Below are positions 18,749 through 28,171 of a DNA stretch of 64,000 nt, in pieces. Origin of the DNA: Candidatus Poseidoniaceae archaeon (GTDB taxonomy: Archaea > Thermoplasmatota > Poseidoniia > Poseidoniales > Poseidoniaceae); the NCBI GenBank assembly GCA_965662895.1, contig CBFIJH010000001.1, positions 64,001-128,000 on the forward strand, given 5' to 3'. Position 1 is the first letter of the stretch. Each line of letters starts with the position of its first letter. Made by a program: the position numbers and the translations under genes. The notes below the pieces were generated by a model, which made no database searches, was not told the DNA's origin, and saw only the letters and a list, made by a program, of their open reading frames with translations.

Positions 18749-19251
18749 TCCCCAACACGTTTTTCCAAATCTGCTTCAAACCCCACGCTATCGGTCAATT
18801 CTTGACCGACGGGAACAATCCCAGGGCCAGTCTCCCAATCAATGTCTTCTGTCTTATCGACAAATCTCATGACTTGGAGATTGATGAATCTCTGAATTCC
18901 AGCATGCGTTCTGTGAACAACTGGGGAAACATCCTCGTGAAATGTTGAATTCATATGGTTGCATACCTCTGCAAATGTTCGTTGTCCATTGCACAGTTCC
19001 CAGAGCACACTGTTCTTGTCCAACAATGGCCTGCGCAACTCTCGAGGAGCTCTCATCAATGTTGCAAAAAATTGTTCAATTCGACCAAATGTTTTCTCAA
19101 ATCGTAAAACGATGGTTTTTCCAGTACAGCCAGAAACATTCGGGTGTGGACCCGAGTCCCCTGTCCGACACCACCAAACCGGGAGACGAACTGGTATTTT
19201 ATTCGCCAGAGGGTGATTCTCTAAATCGATAAGTTCCATCAAATCCCTCAA
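18745..19251 (-). CDS. PqqD-family (RRE-like) protein
   Basis: LDKNSVLWELCNGQRTFAEVCNHM...F...FINLQVM matches the PqqD pattern L-x-x-x-x-x-x-W-x-x-x-DG-x-RT-x-x-EI. Confidence 0.65.
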   Translation of the reverse strand: MRDLMELIDLENHPLANKIPVRLPVWWCRTGDSGPHPNVSGCTGKTIVLRFEKTFGRIEQFFATLMRAPRELRRPLLDKNSVLWELCNGQRTFAEVCNHMNSTFHEDVSPVVHRTHAGIQRFINLQVMRFVDKTEDIDWETGPGIVPVGQELTDSVGFEADLEKRVGD

Positions 19252-19439
19252 AAATCAGTCCATGTCCAAAGGACCAAACTTAACATCGAAATAATTCCAG
19301 CAATTGCTGATATACGAACAAGTTCTTGCTTTTTGCCGAATTTATCGAGATACCATGTCAGCACGCCAAAGAATGCGACAGCAACCCAAAGAACGTACCA
19401 AAGCGGACTATCTTGGGCCATGGTTGTCCATATCGACAT
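19248..19439 (-). CDS. Small two-helix membrane protein
   Basis: 63 aa with two hydrophobic segments; tightly coupled to neighbours (3-bp gap upstream, 4-bp overlap downstream). Confidence 0.65.
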   Translation of the reverse strand: MSIWTTMAQDSPLWYVLWVAVAFFGVLTWYLDKFGKKQELVRISAIAGIISMLSLVLWTWTDF

Positions 19440-19442
19440 GTT

Positions 19443-22400
19443 TCATGGGTGTTTCGCTCGACGATCAAGATATTCTTGTCCGTAGTAGTTCCACTGTTCC
19501 ACACTCCAACCAGGGGGCAGACCTTCTTCGGGTATTGGAGGTGGTTGCTGAATCTCCGGTTGTTCAGTAAGTGGTTTCGTCTGTTCCAGTTCTGGACCCG
19601 TTTTGATGGTTGTTTGCGTGCTAATTGGGGGTCCTGACACACTTGGAGCATCTTCGAGTTGTGTTTTTCGTTGCTTTCGGACGAGAAGAAGAATAACAAA
19701 CAGAATCATTACCCCGAATGCGGAAGCGATGATTGTTGGTCCGTTGACAGCATCTAAGAAGAATCCTTTCTCGCCTTCTACACGTTCAAACGTGATACTT
19801 CTGGATGCGGAATATGTGAATTCTTCATCCGCTGTCGAAGCATTAATGAAAATTTCTCCACGATATGAACCACTTATTCGTTGCACTTCACATCGTACGT
19901 CGCTAATCGTGTCCAAGCTTCTGCTGTATGGAAGCGAGGTTTCGATGGACTCGTTGTTGGCGATGAGCATAGAATCGCACATGACCTGCCAATTTTCTGG
20001 GTAAGCGAATCTCGTGTACACTATCTCATTTTGAGTGGAAGAACTTGAAAGGTTTAACCACATTTCAGCAACATCGAGATACGTCTGATTCTCGTGATTT
20101 GAAAGTTGCATCCCAACCTTTCGTTGTTGATCTACGATGATGAGATTTTGGCTTTCCAATCGGATGGTATTTCCATCACTATCCAAACCACCCTCTGCAT
20201 AGAGTGTAACAACAATTCTTGTATTCAAGGCTACGTTCTCACCAAGAATAACATCGATGTTTAGCATGGATTCTTCACCTGCAGCCATAGGAAAGGTCAC
20301 CATCTCACCTGAGCCAGATACTGCACCGCCTTCTCCTACGGTCATAAAGGCAACAATGTCTGTTGAAGGCGGCGATGACGACAGTTCGAATCCAACATCC
20401 ATGCTTGATTCCATAAAGTTTCCAACGTTTTTTACCGAACCATTGATTCCGACTGTTGAGCCAACTTTTCCATAATAATCGAGTGTTGAGACATTCAATT
20501 CTGGGTAATTCACCCGCTGAGTAATCATATCGATACTTTCGTGATTATCGCTCGGTTGAATATCGGTTCCGTCTGGCGAAGCGGTAATGGTGATGGTGTG
20601 TATTTCCCCTCCTGCTTCATTGACTGGAACAGAGAGCAATACCTCTACAACTTCCTCATCCTGTCCGTCATATGACACACCGAGATCGATAATCGGATTG
20701 TCAAGAACCAAACCACCCTTACGAACCGAATACGTCCATGAAGAAGGTACGTCATCGAGGCCGATGAAAACACTCGTTGGACCATTCCCATGGTTCGTTA
20801 ATTGAATGCTGATGATGGTCGCATCACCGGGTAAAAGAAGAGATGATGACGAGACGATTTGAAGTCCTACATCATAAATTGTCTCGATGATAATTTCATC
20901 GTACGTCGGACCATCATATTGCATTCCACTTCGTAGAGAAGTTAGCACAGGCCGGAATTCAGGAGCCCGATCGTTTGCCTGTGCATTGTTCGGAGCCGTT
21001 ACAGCGACGTAGAACGACACGGTTGCACCAGGGTTAACGACAATGGCTGGTCTTTGTTCTGCTTCAACAGCCCAACCAATCTTTTCAACAAAATCAACAG
21101 TCAGCTCAAAACTATCTTGTCGACTTGCACGATTCGTGATTTCGTATTTGATTTCAATTCGTTCACCAGATCCAAGCATTGACACTTCGCTGCTATCCTG
21201 ATCGAGAACAACCAATGCGTCTGAAATCATTGATGCTTGTATGCTGATTGCTTCTCGAATCGTTCGACTGGTGTCATTTTGTGCTGTTAAGGTTAACCAG
21301 AAGTCCCCAGTTTTGTCCGGTATTGCTTCGACTGGGACAGTCATCACGAACTTAACGGATTGGATTTGGTTTGGAACAAGTCGAATGGATGAAAGTTGAT
21401 CAAAGGCGAGATTAACGTTCCAACCGTTTTCCAACGATTTCGGTGCCGTTTGGAGATCGAAAACGTCGGTTGCTTGGCCAATATTTTCGACTTCAATGGA
21501 AAACGCACATGTTGAACCAGGTGCACACTTTGGTTTTACCTCAGGTATGTGAATGTGAGGTATTCGATCTGCGGAAACTTGGAATTGCATCGGTTCAACC
21601 ACTGAAAAACTCGGATTCTGGAGGCTGTTTGCTTCAAAGGTCAACGGTACAAATCCAACACTCGAATTCAAATCGGGTTGAATTCGAATATCAATCTGTT
21701 TGGATTCTCCAGGTAGGAGTTGAATTCCTGCATTGAGATTGACGCCAGCTCCGCTCGGAAATGAATACGCCACGTTCCAGTCTTGGGGCAGGTTTGCAAC
21801 GGATGGAACCAAGACATCGCTAATGTTCCCGGTGTTTGTCAATTCCATTCGAATCTTCCCCCATGCGCCTGGAATTGAACCGTCTGTGAAGATTCCAGTT
21901 ACATCAAGGTTGTATTCTTCAGTCCTCGCTGATTGGTCGTATACAAGAATAAAATCATCCAACCAATAACCAACATCAGTCCCCGAAGCGTCACTTGAAA
22001 AACTAAATTTGAATCTCGAATTTGCGTGGAAATGACTCGCTGGGTCAGCGGGTATAAGCGGCGTTATATGACCCATATGATTGTTTGAAATTGTTCTCCA
22101 GTTGGACAAAGAGGTACCAGCAGCACCTGCAATGTTTGCAAGTTCATCCCAACCGCCTTGCTCATTGAATGCGTATACCTTCATTCCATCATTTTGATTT
22201 GCGCTACCTGCATAGTAAAACGAAATCCCATTCGTTCGAGAGGGACTCCCAACAATGTCGTCCATATCCCATACAGGCGTCATTAGGTCCGTTTGCAAAT
22301 TGTTAGGATATGATCCAGACTGGCCTTGGCCGATATGGCACGACTGGCCCATGCTTAGTGCGGTGTCTGTGCTCGTCCCCCAATATTGACCAGCATTCCA

Positions 22401-22976
22401 TCCGACGAGCGACGTACACGTGAAGTATACTTTTGCGACGGTGTAGTGACGGTTGAGAACATCGTTTGATGGATTGTCATCAACGCCTTGGAAACTTGGA
22501 AGGACACGCAATGTGTGATTGCCAGAATAGTTTACGTAGACATTGTAGAATGTCATCGTACCCTGTTCACCTGCATTTAAACTGTTCATGGTAATTGTTC
22601 GATTAGCTAATTCAAATCGTTGGTACTCATCGTGAAGTATGAGCAACTGAAGTGTGATAATTCCAGAGGGTGTGTTGCCATCGTTGCGAACGGTGACTTC
22701 GATGTCCATGGGTGTTGAATTAACCGAATCGACGGCGTACAAACTCTTTGGCCGATCAAATCCTAGAATCGGATGATTGGAGGAGAACATTTTGAACTGC
22801 GATTCATCGGACGGATTCGAATACCTAATCGAAACGTCAGTTGCCGATAGGTCGACACCACTGTTTCGTGCAGCGTAGTTCACTGAGTTGTCTTCGAGAA
22901 GGCTCATATTCGAAACAGGATGGACGAGTAGCAAGATTACCAGTAAGAGCGCAACACCGGTTCTTCCCATAGACAC
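19443..22976 (-). CDS. Large exported surface protein with CARDB/NEW3-like Ig repeats, C-terminal TM and Pro/Trp-rich tail
   Basis: Signal peptide; repeats NTGNISD, NIGQATD, NRASRQD, NHGNGP; TM helix; tail PPIPEEGLPPGWSVEQWNYYGQEYL. Confidence 0.8.
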   Translation of the reverse strand: MSMGRTGVALLLVILLLVHPVSNMSLLEDNSVNYAARNSGVDLSATDVSIRYSNPSDESQFKMFSSNHPILGFDRPKSLYAVDSVNSTPMDIEVTVRNDGNTPSGIITLQLLILHDEYQRFELANRTITMNSLNAGEQGTMTFYNVYVNYSGNHTLRVLPSFQGVDDNPSNDVLNRHYTVAKVYFTCTSLVGWNAGQYWGTSTDTALSMGQSCHIGQGQSGSYPNNLQTDLMTPVWDMDDIVGSPSRTNGISFYYAGSANQNDGMKVYAFNEQGGWDELANIAGAAGTSLSNWRTISNNHMGHITPLIPADPASHFHANSRFKFSFSSDASGTDVGYWLDDFILVYDQSARTEEYNLDVTGIFTDGSIPGAWGKIRMELTNTGNISDVLVPSVANLPQDWNVAYSFPSGAGVNLNAGIQLLPGESKQIDIRIQPDLNSSVGFVPLTFEANSLQNPSFSVVEPMQFQVSADRIPHIHIPEVKPKCAPGSTCAFSIEVENIGQATDVFDLQTAPKSLENGWNVNLAFDQLSSIRLVPNQIQSVKFVMTVPVEAIPDKTGDFWLTLTAQNDTSRTIREAISIQASMISDALVVLDQDSSEVSMLGSGERIEIKYEITNRASRQDSFELTVDFVEKIGWAVEAEQRPAIVVNPGATVSFYVAVTAPNNAQANDRAPEFRPVLTSLRSGMQYDGPTYDEIIIETIYDVGLQIVSSSSLLLPGDATIISIQLTNHGNGPTSVFIGLDDVPSSWTYSVRKGGLVLDNPIIDLGVSYDGQDEEVVEVLLSVPVNEAGGEIHTITITASPDGTDIQPSDNHESIDMITQRVNYPELNVSTLDYYGKVGSTVGINGSVKNVGNFMESSMDVGFELSSSPPSTDIVAFMTVGEGGAVSGSGEMVTFPMAAGEESMLNIDVILGENVALNTRIVVTLYAEGGLDSDGNTIRLESQNLIIVDQQRKVGMQLSNHENQTYLDVAEMWLNLSSSSTQNEIVYTRFAYPENWQVMCDSMLIANNESIETSLPYSRSLDTISDVRCEVQRISGSYRGEIFINASTADEEFTYSASRSITFERVEGEKGFFLDAVNGPTIIASAFGVMILFVILLLVRKQRKTQLEDAPSVSGPPISTQTTIKTGPELEQTKPLTEQPEIQQPPPIPEEGLPPGWSVEQWNYYGQEYLDRRAKHP

Positions 22977-22999
22977 GAATCTGCTTCTATCTATTTGAT

Positions 23000-23821
23000 T
23001 TATTCGTCCGAACGTTCTTCGACAGCAAGTCTAAGTTTTTGCTCGTTTTTGCGTTCCTTTGCTCGTGCAGCAAAATACACGGTGAACGACGGGATGAGCA
23101 CCATCGAAAAGCAACCAACAACCGCTGCAAGTGCCCACAAAAACTCGGTGGCTGCATCGATTTCAAACGGTGAAATTGACGAAAATTCTTCATTGACGGT
23201 GCTCAGACTGACAACAGGCGGGACAGATTTGTTTCCCGGCTCAACGATTTGGATGACGATTTGAGATGGATCATGGAAGTAAGAAATCTCATTTTTTGCG
23301 AGCGTTTCTGCATCGGACAAACTGTTTGCGAATACCGTACCGTTGGACCTTCTTGCTGGGTCTGTTGATGTTAGTGCCTGTATGCTAACACTACTTGAGT
23401 CGGCTTCAATTTCTATTGATTCACCGTAAATGCAATGTTCCGAACATCGGAAATCAACTGTTTTCCCATCGATCTCAACTTCTGCATCAGGGACGCCAAG
23501 GAAAGGATGTGAGTACAGTTTCCCTTGGTTGGTCATCTTGACCGTGGCACCACTGGCAAGATTGGCGACGGTCATGTTTACCCAAGTAAGATTCTGTCCA
23601 TCGGGCGAAATCGTTGCTAACCACGTCGTCTCGTTGTTCTGGTATACTTTCTGCAACTCGATGTCTTCGAAGTCGTTGTCAACGGCCTTTGTTTCGTAGA
23701 TGTAATAATCGGGCGAAATTGTAGCCCCGTAAACGGCGTATGAGAGCAGAACAATCAAGGTAAGAGACAAACCAATGAGGGTTCTCAGGAGGTTTGGATT
23801 CTGAGCCAGTGCCTTCTTCAT
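23000..23821 (-). CDS. Hypothetical membrane protein (N- and C-terminal TM, extracellular loop)
   Basis: Long ORF with two hydrophobic helices, co-oriented with the surface protein gene. Confidence 0.7.
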   Translation of the reverse strand: MKKALAQNPNLLRTLIGLSLTLIVLLSYAVYGATISPDYYIYETKAVDNDFEDIELQKVYQNNETTWLATISPDGQNLTWVNMTVANLASGATVKMTNQGKLYSHPFLGVPDAEVEIDGKTVDFRCSEHCIYGESIEIEADSSSVSIQALTSTDPARRSNGTVFANSLSDAETLAKNEISYFHDPSQIVIQIVEPGNKSVPPVVSLSTVNEEFSSISPFEIDAATEFLWALAAVVGCFSMVLIPSFTVYFAARAKERKNEQKLRLAVEERSDE

Positions 23822-23956
23822 TGGTTGTTCTAGATGCAACTCGTTCAAGAATACTTGCACAAGCCCCAAAACACACAGATGCGCTTCCTTTCCGTGTGGT
23901 ATTCTCCCGCTTTATTCAAATAGGGGAGATAAGTCGCAAGGTTGCTTGGTGTTGAC

Positions 23957-24451
23957 ATGACGACGTATTTCGATGTTCCTGCTAATTTTCTGATTCCAGC
24001 TTTGGCTGAAGAATTGAAGAGCAATGATGCGATTAAAATGCCGGATTGGGCTGATGTTGTCAAAACTGGTTCATCTCGCGAGCGCCCTCCGACTCAGGAC
24101 AACTGGTGGCACACACGAGGTGCTGCTTTGTTGAGAAAAATTGCTCGACAAGGTCCAATTGGCGTAACGGCCCTATCCCAAGAATACGGTGGTCGCAAAA
24201 ACAACGGCTCCAAACCGAACACGCCTGGTGTAGGTTCCCGAAAAGTGATTCGAACCTTGGTGCAACAACTCGAAGAGGCTGGACTTGTATCGACAAAACC
24301 AAGCCGTCTTGTTGAACCTGAAGGTAGGGAAGCAACACAATTGTACCACGGTCGTGTTATCAGCCCAGCTGGACAGAAACTTCTTGATCAGGTTGCTCAC
24401 AGTGTTCGTCCAGATGTCGAAGCTGCCTATCCTGGTCTTGATAAATATTGA
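23957..24451 (+). CDS. rps19e: 30S ribosomal protein S19e
   Basis: PDWADVVKTG, ERPP, WWHTRGAALLRK, GPIGV, YGGRK, GR-I-S-x-x-GQ. Confidence 0.96.
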   Translation: MTTYFDVPANFLIPALAEELKSNDAIKMPDWADVVKTGSSRERPPTQDNWWHTRGAALLRKIARQGPIGVTALSQEYGGRKNNGSKPNTPGVGSRKVIRTLVQQLEEAGLVSTKPSRLVEPEGREATQLYHGRVISPAGQKLLDQVAHSVRPDVEAAYPGLDKY

Positions 24452-24465
24452 TTGGACGTGATTGT

Positions 24466-24831
24466 ATGACGAGCATTGCCGACGATTCAAACGAATTGGA
24501 AGCCTTCCGTCAACGCCGCCAACTTGAGTTGCAACAACAATTGGAACAACAAGCAAAACAGCAGGCTGCTGCCGAGGTTGAATCACAAGCCATTGCCCAA
24601 GAACAGCAAGCGCTCGATCAAGCGATGAAAACAATTCTGACCTCTGAGGCACGAAGTCGTTTAACGAACATTTCCTTGGTCGATGCCAACAAGGCGAACC
24701 TGCTCAAGCGACAATTGATTACACTTCACGACCAGAAGAAAATTTCCATTCCAGTCAACGACGACCAGCTGAAAAGAATCCTAACAAGCCTATCCAAGAG
24801 CCGCAGAGATGCGTCTATCCGTCGAATCTAA
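24466..24831 (+). CDS. PDCD5/TFAR19-family DNA-binding protein
   Basis: ELEAFRQRR, ILTSEARSRL, C-terminal IRRI; canonical position after rps19e. Confidence 0.88.
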   Translation: MTSIADDSNELEAFRQRRQLELQQQLEQQAKQQAAAEVESQAIAQEQQALDQAMKTILTSEARSRLTNISLVDANKANLLKRQLITLHDQKKISIPVNDDQLKRILTSLSKSRRDASIRRI

Positions 24832-24846
24832 GAGGGGTGCTCGAAT

Positions 24847-25002
24847 ATGTCAAAAAATAAACCAGCAGCAAAGAAAATACGCCTAATGAAGGCAGGAAAG
24901 CAAAACCGACGTGTCCCCGTTTGGGTCATGTTGAAAACGAACAGAAACACGGTCTCGCACCCAAAGCGGCACCACTGGCGACGAAGCAAGTTGCAGCGAT
25001 GA
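24847..25002 (+). CDS. rpl39e: 50S ribosomal protein L39e
   Basis: Hand translation: [51 protein letters not shown]. Below the ORF-track cutoff. Confidence 0.96.
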   Translation: MSKNKPAAKKIRLMKAGKQNRRVPVWVMLKTNRNTVSHPKRHHWRRSKLQR

Positions 25003-25013
25003 GGTGATTTTCT

Positions 25014-25292
25014 ATGGCAAGACCAGCAACATCCGAACTTATTGTGCCGCTACGGAAGGCTTGGAACATTACACGTTTCAAGCGCGCACCTCGTGCTATC
25101 CAGATTATTCGTGACGAGGTCATTCGTCATCTGAAAGTCCTTCCCGAGGAAGAAATCTACATCGATCCTTCCGTTAACGAAAAAATCTGGGAACGTGGAA
25201 TTGAAAACCCACCTCGTAAGATACGTTTGACGGTTATTCGTCATGATGAGCCGGATATCCCTATCGAAGTCCAATTGTTTGAGGAGGCCTGA
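25014..25292 (+). CDS. rpl31e: 50S ribosomal protein L31e
   Basis: VPLR...KRAPRAI...[17 protein letters not shown]. Confidence 0.96.
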   Translation: MARPATSELIVPLRKAWNITRFKRAPRAIQIIRDEVIRHLKVLPEEEIYIDPSVNEKIWERGIENPPRKIRLTVIRHDEPDIPIEVQLFEEA

Positions 25293-25294
25293 AC

Positions 25295-25486
25295 ATGGGT
25301 AACATCCGACCAAGTTTTATCAAAATCCGCGCTATTCGTCTCGTTGAAGAACATGGAGAAAAATTCACAGATGATTTCGACCACAACAAACTGATGGTTG
25401 AACAACTCACTGACGTCAGTTCCAAAAAATTGCGAAATTGGATTGCAGGCTACGTAACTCGATACCGTCAACGTCCAACCGATTGA
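25295..25486 (+). CDS. rps17e: 30S ribosomal protein S17e
   Basis: [10 protein letters not shown]...FTDDFDHNK...[14 protein letters not shown]. Confidence 0.96.
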   Translation: MGNIRPSFIKIRAIRLVEEHGEKFTDDFDHNKLMVEQLTDVSSKKLRNWIAGYVTRYRQRPTD

Positions 25487-25499
25487 TGAGGGAATCAGT

Positions 25500-25721
25500 G
25501 TGCCCATATGGGTTGATTGGAACAGGACACCCGTTTCTGTTCATGGTTCCGTGCAAGAACAACTTGAACGACTGATTCTCCATCTTCGAAATACCCACAA
25601 CCTCCGCCGACGTTCACTCGTCATGGCAGATCGAGAGCATGGTGGCTATCTCTTTTTCATTTATCAAGCATGCAATCCACTGTGGATTGCGGAATTCGTT
25701 GAACAAATGGAGGAGGAGTAA
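25500..25721 (+). CDS. Hypothetical 73-aa protein within the ribosomal operon
   Basis: GTG start after GAGGG; stop overlaps the trmJ start (TAATG). Confidence 0.65.
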   Translation: MPIWVDWNRTPVSVHGSVQEQLERLILHLRNTHNLRRRSLVMADREHGGYLFFIYQACNPLWIAEFVEQMEEE

Positions 25722-26557
25722 TGGGTGAACGAAGCGATATACCTCTCCCAAAGTCGAACTATTCGCTCCATATCGTTCTTGTTGGTATACAGCATCCTGG
25801 AAATTTGGGTGCAGTATGTCGTTCACTTCTGAATCACGGTTTTGACTCTCTTCGGTTGGTTCAACCTAAATGTCATCCAGACGATGTTGAAGCGAGAAAT
25901 CGTGCAAAGCATGCTGGGCGAATTCTGGACACCTGTCGTAGTTTTGAAACCCTTCACGATGCAGTGCGTGATTGTTCTCTCGTTGTTGGAACGTCGGGGA
26001 AGCGCGAAATCGGGAACAAGACACAAAAACGTCATTTTGTTTATCCATGGGAGTTTGTCGAACGAATTGAGGATTTTGAGCAATCCGTTGCTCTCGTCTT
26101 TGGTGAGGAAGGAATGGGTTTATCCACAGAGCATCTTTTGTCGTGCGACTATCTCGTCACACTTCCCACTTGGGAAGGGTATCCAGTAACAAATCTAAGT
26201 CATGCAGTTCATACGTTAACCTATGAGTTGCATCGCGACAGAGTTTTGAAACAACAAGGTCAAGATGACGCTCTTCCAAACATCGTTCCAATTTCACGGG
26301 GTATTTCTCCCGAGCAGAGGGTTGTGCTTCGTAAATCGGTTGAAGACATCGCACGTTTCCTCCCAGGCGGGGATGAACGACGTATCTCATTCACGCATTC
26401 GTTAATTCGTGCATTGCAACGTTCCGGATTGGAACCGGATCAAACAAATCGGTTAATCGGAGGTTTTGTTGATGCTTCAACAGCCCTTGAGTTTGCATCC
26501 AAACATCCGAGTTGGAAATCTTTACGAAGACGTCGAGTTCATCTTGAAGAGGAATAA
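25721..26557 (+). CDS. trmJ: SPOUT RNA methyltransferase, TrmJ/LasT family
   Basis: IVLVGIQHPGNLGAVCR, ALVFGEEGMGL, YPVTNLSHAV. Confidence 0.85.
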   Translation: MGERSDIPLPKSNYSLHIVLVGIQHPGNLGAVCRSLLNHGFDSLRLVQPKCHPDDVEARNRAKHAGRILDTCRSFETLHDAVRDCSLVVGTSGKREIGNKTQKRHFVYPWEFVERIEDFEQSVALVFGEEGMGLSTEHLLSCDYLVTLPTWEGYPVTNLSHAVHTLTYELHRDRVLKQQGQDDALPNIVPISRGISPEQRVVLRKSVEDIARFLPGGDERRISFTHSLIRALQRSGLEPDQTNRLIGGFVDASTALEFASKHPSWKSLRRRRVHLEEE

Positions 26558-27007
26558 CTAGGCATACCAAGATGCCCAACTCTTCGGTGTCTCTCGAACG
26601 TGCATAGCGACGAGTCGCAATGCGTTTCCATACGCTGTCCGAATGTGTGGTTGAACTTGTTCGAACGCCCACTTTGCGAGATTTTCAGCAGTCGGGATAA
26701 ACGGTACAATCACGGTACGATGTTCAGGTGGAAGGCCTGCGAGTAGGTTAATTGCCTCTTCATCACCTTCGTAGACAACGAATGCATGATCTACAACATC
26801 GTGAATGTGAACCGTTAGAATTTTGCTAACATCACTAAAATCCATCAGCATTCCTTCCTCACTAACGCCAGATGTTTCAACAATGTCACCTTCGATTTCA
26901 GCTTCAAATCGGTATCTGTGGCCATGAAAATGACGGCATTTACTCTTGTGATTTGGGACTCTGTGTCCTGTGTCGGTCTCGACATAACGGCGGATTCTCG
27001 TTGTCAT
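26558..27007 (-). CDS. queD: 6-carboxy-5,6,7,8-tetrahydropterin synthase
   Basis: GHRV...CRHFHGHRY, MDFSD, DH, PTAENLA, ETP. Confidence 0.93.
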   Translation of the reverse strand: MTTRIRRYVETDTGHRVPNHKSKCRHFHGHRYRFEAEIEGDIVETSGVSEEGMLMDFSDVSKILTVHIHDVVDHAFVVYEGDEEAINLLAGLPPEHRTVIVPFIPTAENLAKWAFEQVQPHIRTAYGNALRLVAMHVRETPKSWASWYA

Positions 27008-27387
27008 TCCCTCACCTCAAATTCCAAAGCTGCGCTGTTGATGCAGTACCGCTCACCACCATGCTGTCTTGGCCCGTCCTTGAAGACGTGACCAAGATGT
27101 GCGTCGCATGTTCCACACCGAACTTCTGTTCGTGTCATTCCATGCGACGTATCCACAACTCGCGTAATGTTTGCAGCATGATGTTCTGAATGAAACGCAG
27201 GCCAACCGCAACCGGAATCAAACTTCATCTGGTCCGTGAAAAGTTTTTTCTCACAAACGATGCAGAAGTAATCTCCCTTTCGATTTTCTTTGTTCAATAT
27301 GCCTGTAAATGGTCGCTCAGTACCGTTTTGTTGTGTAACATAATAAGATATGTCGCTCAGAGCAGCAATTCGTTCATCAATGTTCAT
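27004..27387 (-). CDS. msrB: Peptide methionine-(R)-sulfoxide reductase
   Basis: GTERPFTG, CIVC, KFDSGCGWPAF, CGTCDAHLGHVF, RYCINS. Start MNIDER overlaps the queC stop. Confidence 0.95.
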   Translation of the reverse strand: MNIDERIAALSDISYYVTQQNGTERPFTGILNKENRKGDYFCIVCEKKLFTDQMKFDSGCGWPAFHSEHHAANITRVVDTSHGMTRTEVRCGTCDAHLGHVFKDGPRQHGGERYCINSAALEFEVRE

Positions 27388-28171
27388 TCGTTTCAGCATC
27401 CTTGTGTTCTTTTTCAACGGATAACGCATGATTGAGAACAACATTCCAATCATTCTGATATTCAATTGGGTCTTTTCGACCGATGGAATGGAATGCTAGT
27501 ATTCGCTCAACATCTGATCCGCTTTTACCCGAACTTCTTCCCAATTCATCGGGATTGTACGAAGTAATTGTGTTCCGAAGTACATCATCAAAATCCAATC
27601 CAAGGTGTTGTGAGGATTGAATTGCATCGTTGAGTATTGTCGCTTTGTCACCGTGGAGATACGGAAGATCGAATTGAACCATCTCACTTTCCCAGTTTCC
27701 AATTTCAAACGCCGCTTGAAGCGCTTGATAGAATTCTGGACGACAATCAGGATAGATTGCATGATCTCCGCTATGGACGCCAAGGGCAAGAATAACACGC
27801 TCTTGCCGGCGTTTTGCCTCAGACAATGCAAATCCATACAGTATTGATGCAAAAATTGCGTTTCTGTTTGGAACAACAGTCTGCTTCATTTGCGTTTCTT
27901 CGTAATGACCCAGTGGAACATCTTGTTCTTTGGAAGTCAATGCAGAGTCAAACAAGGACATCGCTGGTGATAAGTCGACGATGTGATGTTCAACAGAAAA
28001 CCCATTGGATTTGCATAATTCAATGGTTTGCTTTGCCTTTTGAATTTCGATGACGTGTTTTTGACCATAATTGTATGATATACATACGGCACGATAATCT
28101 TTGGAGAGGTAATGAAAAAGCAGGCATGTCGAATCCATACCCCCGCTTAATGCCATGACGACTGTTTTCAT
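27377..28171 (-). CDS. queC: 7-cyano-7-deazaguanine (preQ0) synthase
   Basis: SGGMDS PP-loop, YGQKH, VPNRNAIF, YPDCRPEF. Confidence 0.93.
   Translation of the reverse strand: MKTVVMALSGGMDSTCLLFHYLSKDYRAVCISYNYGQKHVIEIQKAKQTIELCKSNGFSVEHHIVDLSPAMSLFDSALTSKEQDVPLGHYEETQMKQTVVPNRNAIFASILYGFALSEAKRRQERVILALGVHSGDHAIYPDCRPEFYQALQAAFEIGNWESEMVQFDLPYLHGDKATILNDAIQSSQHLGLDFDDVLRNTITSYNPDELGRSSGKSGSDVERILAFHSIGRKDPIEYQNDWNVVLNHALSVEKEHKDAETNEH

Noticed and set aside
17999-19439. FGE + PqqD + 63-aa ORF as a RiPP biosynthetic cluster
   Set aside because: FGE is on the opposite strand and lacks catalytic Cys, the small ORF looks like a 2-TM membrane protein, and there is no maturase, peptidase or transporter.
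27388-27465. N-terminal extensions given by the ORF track for msrB (likewise folE, hutH, fdhD, archease and the NatB-like permease)
   Set aside because: They run deep into upstream genes; downstream ATGs next to the upstream stop codons fit the family lengths better.
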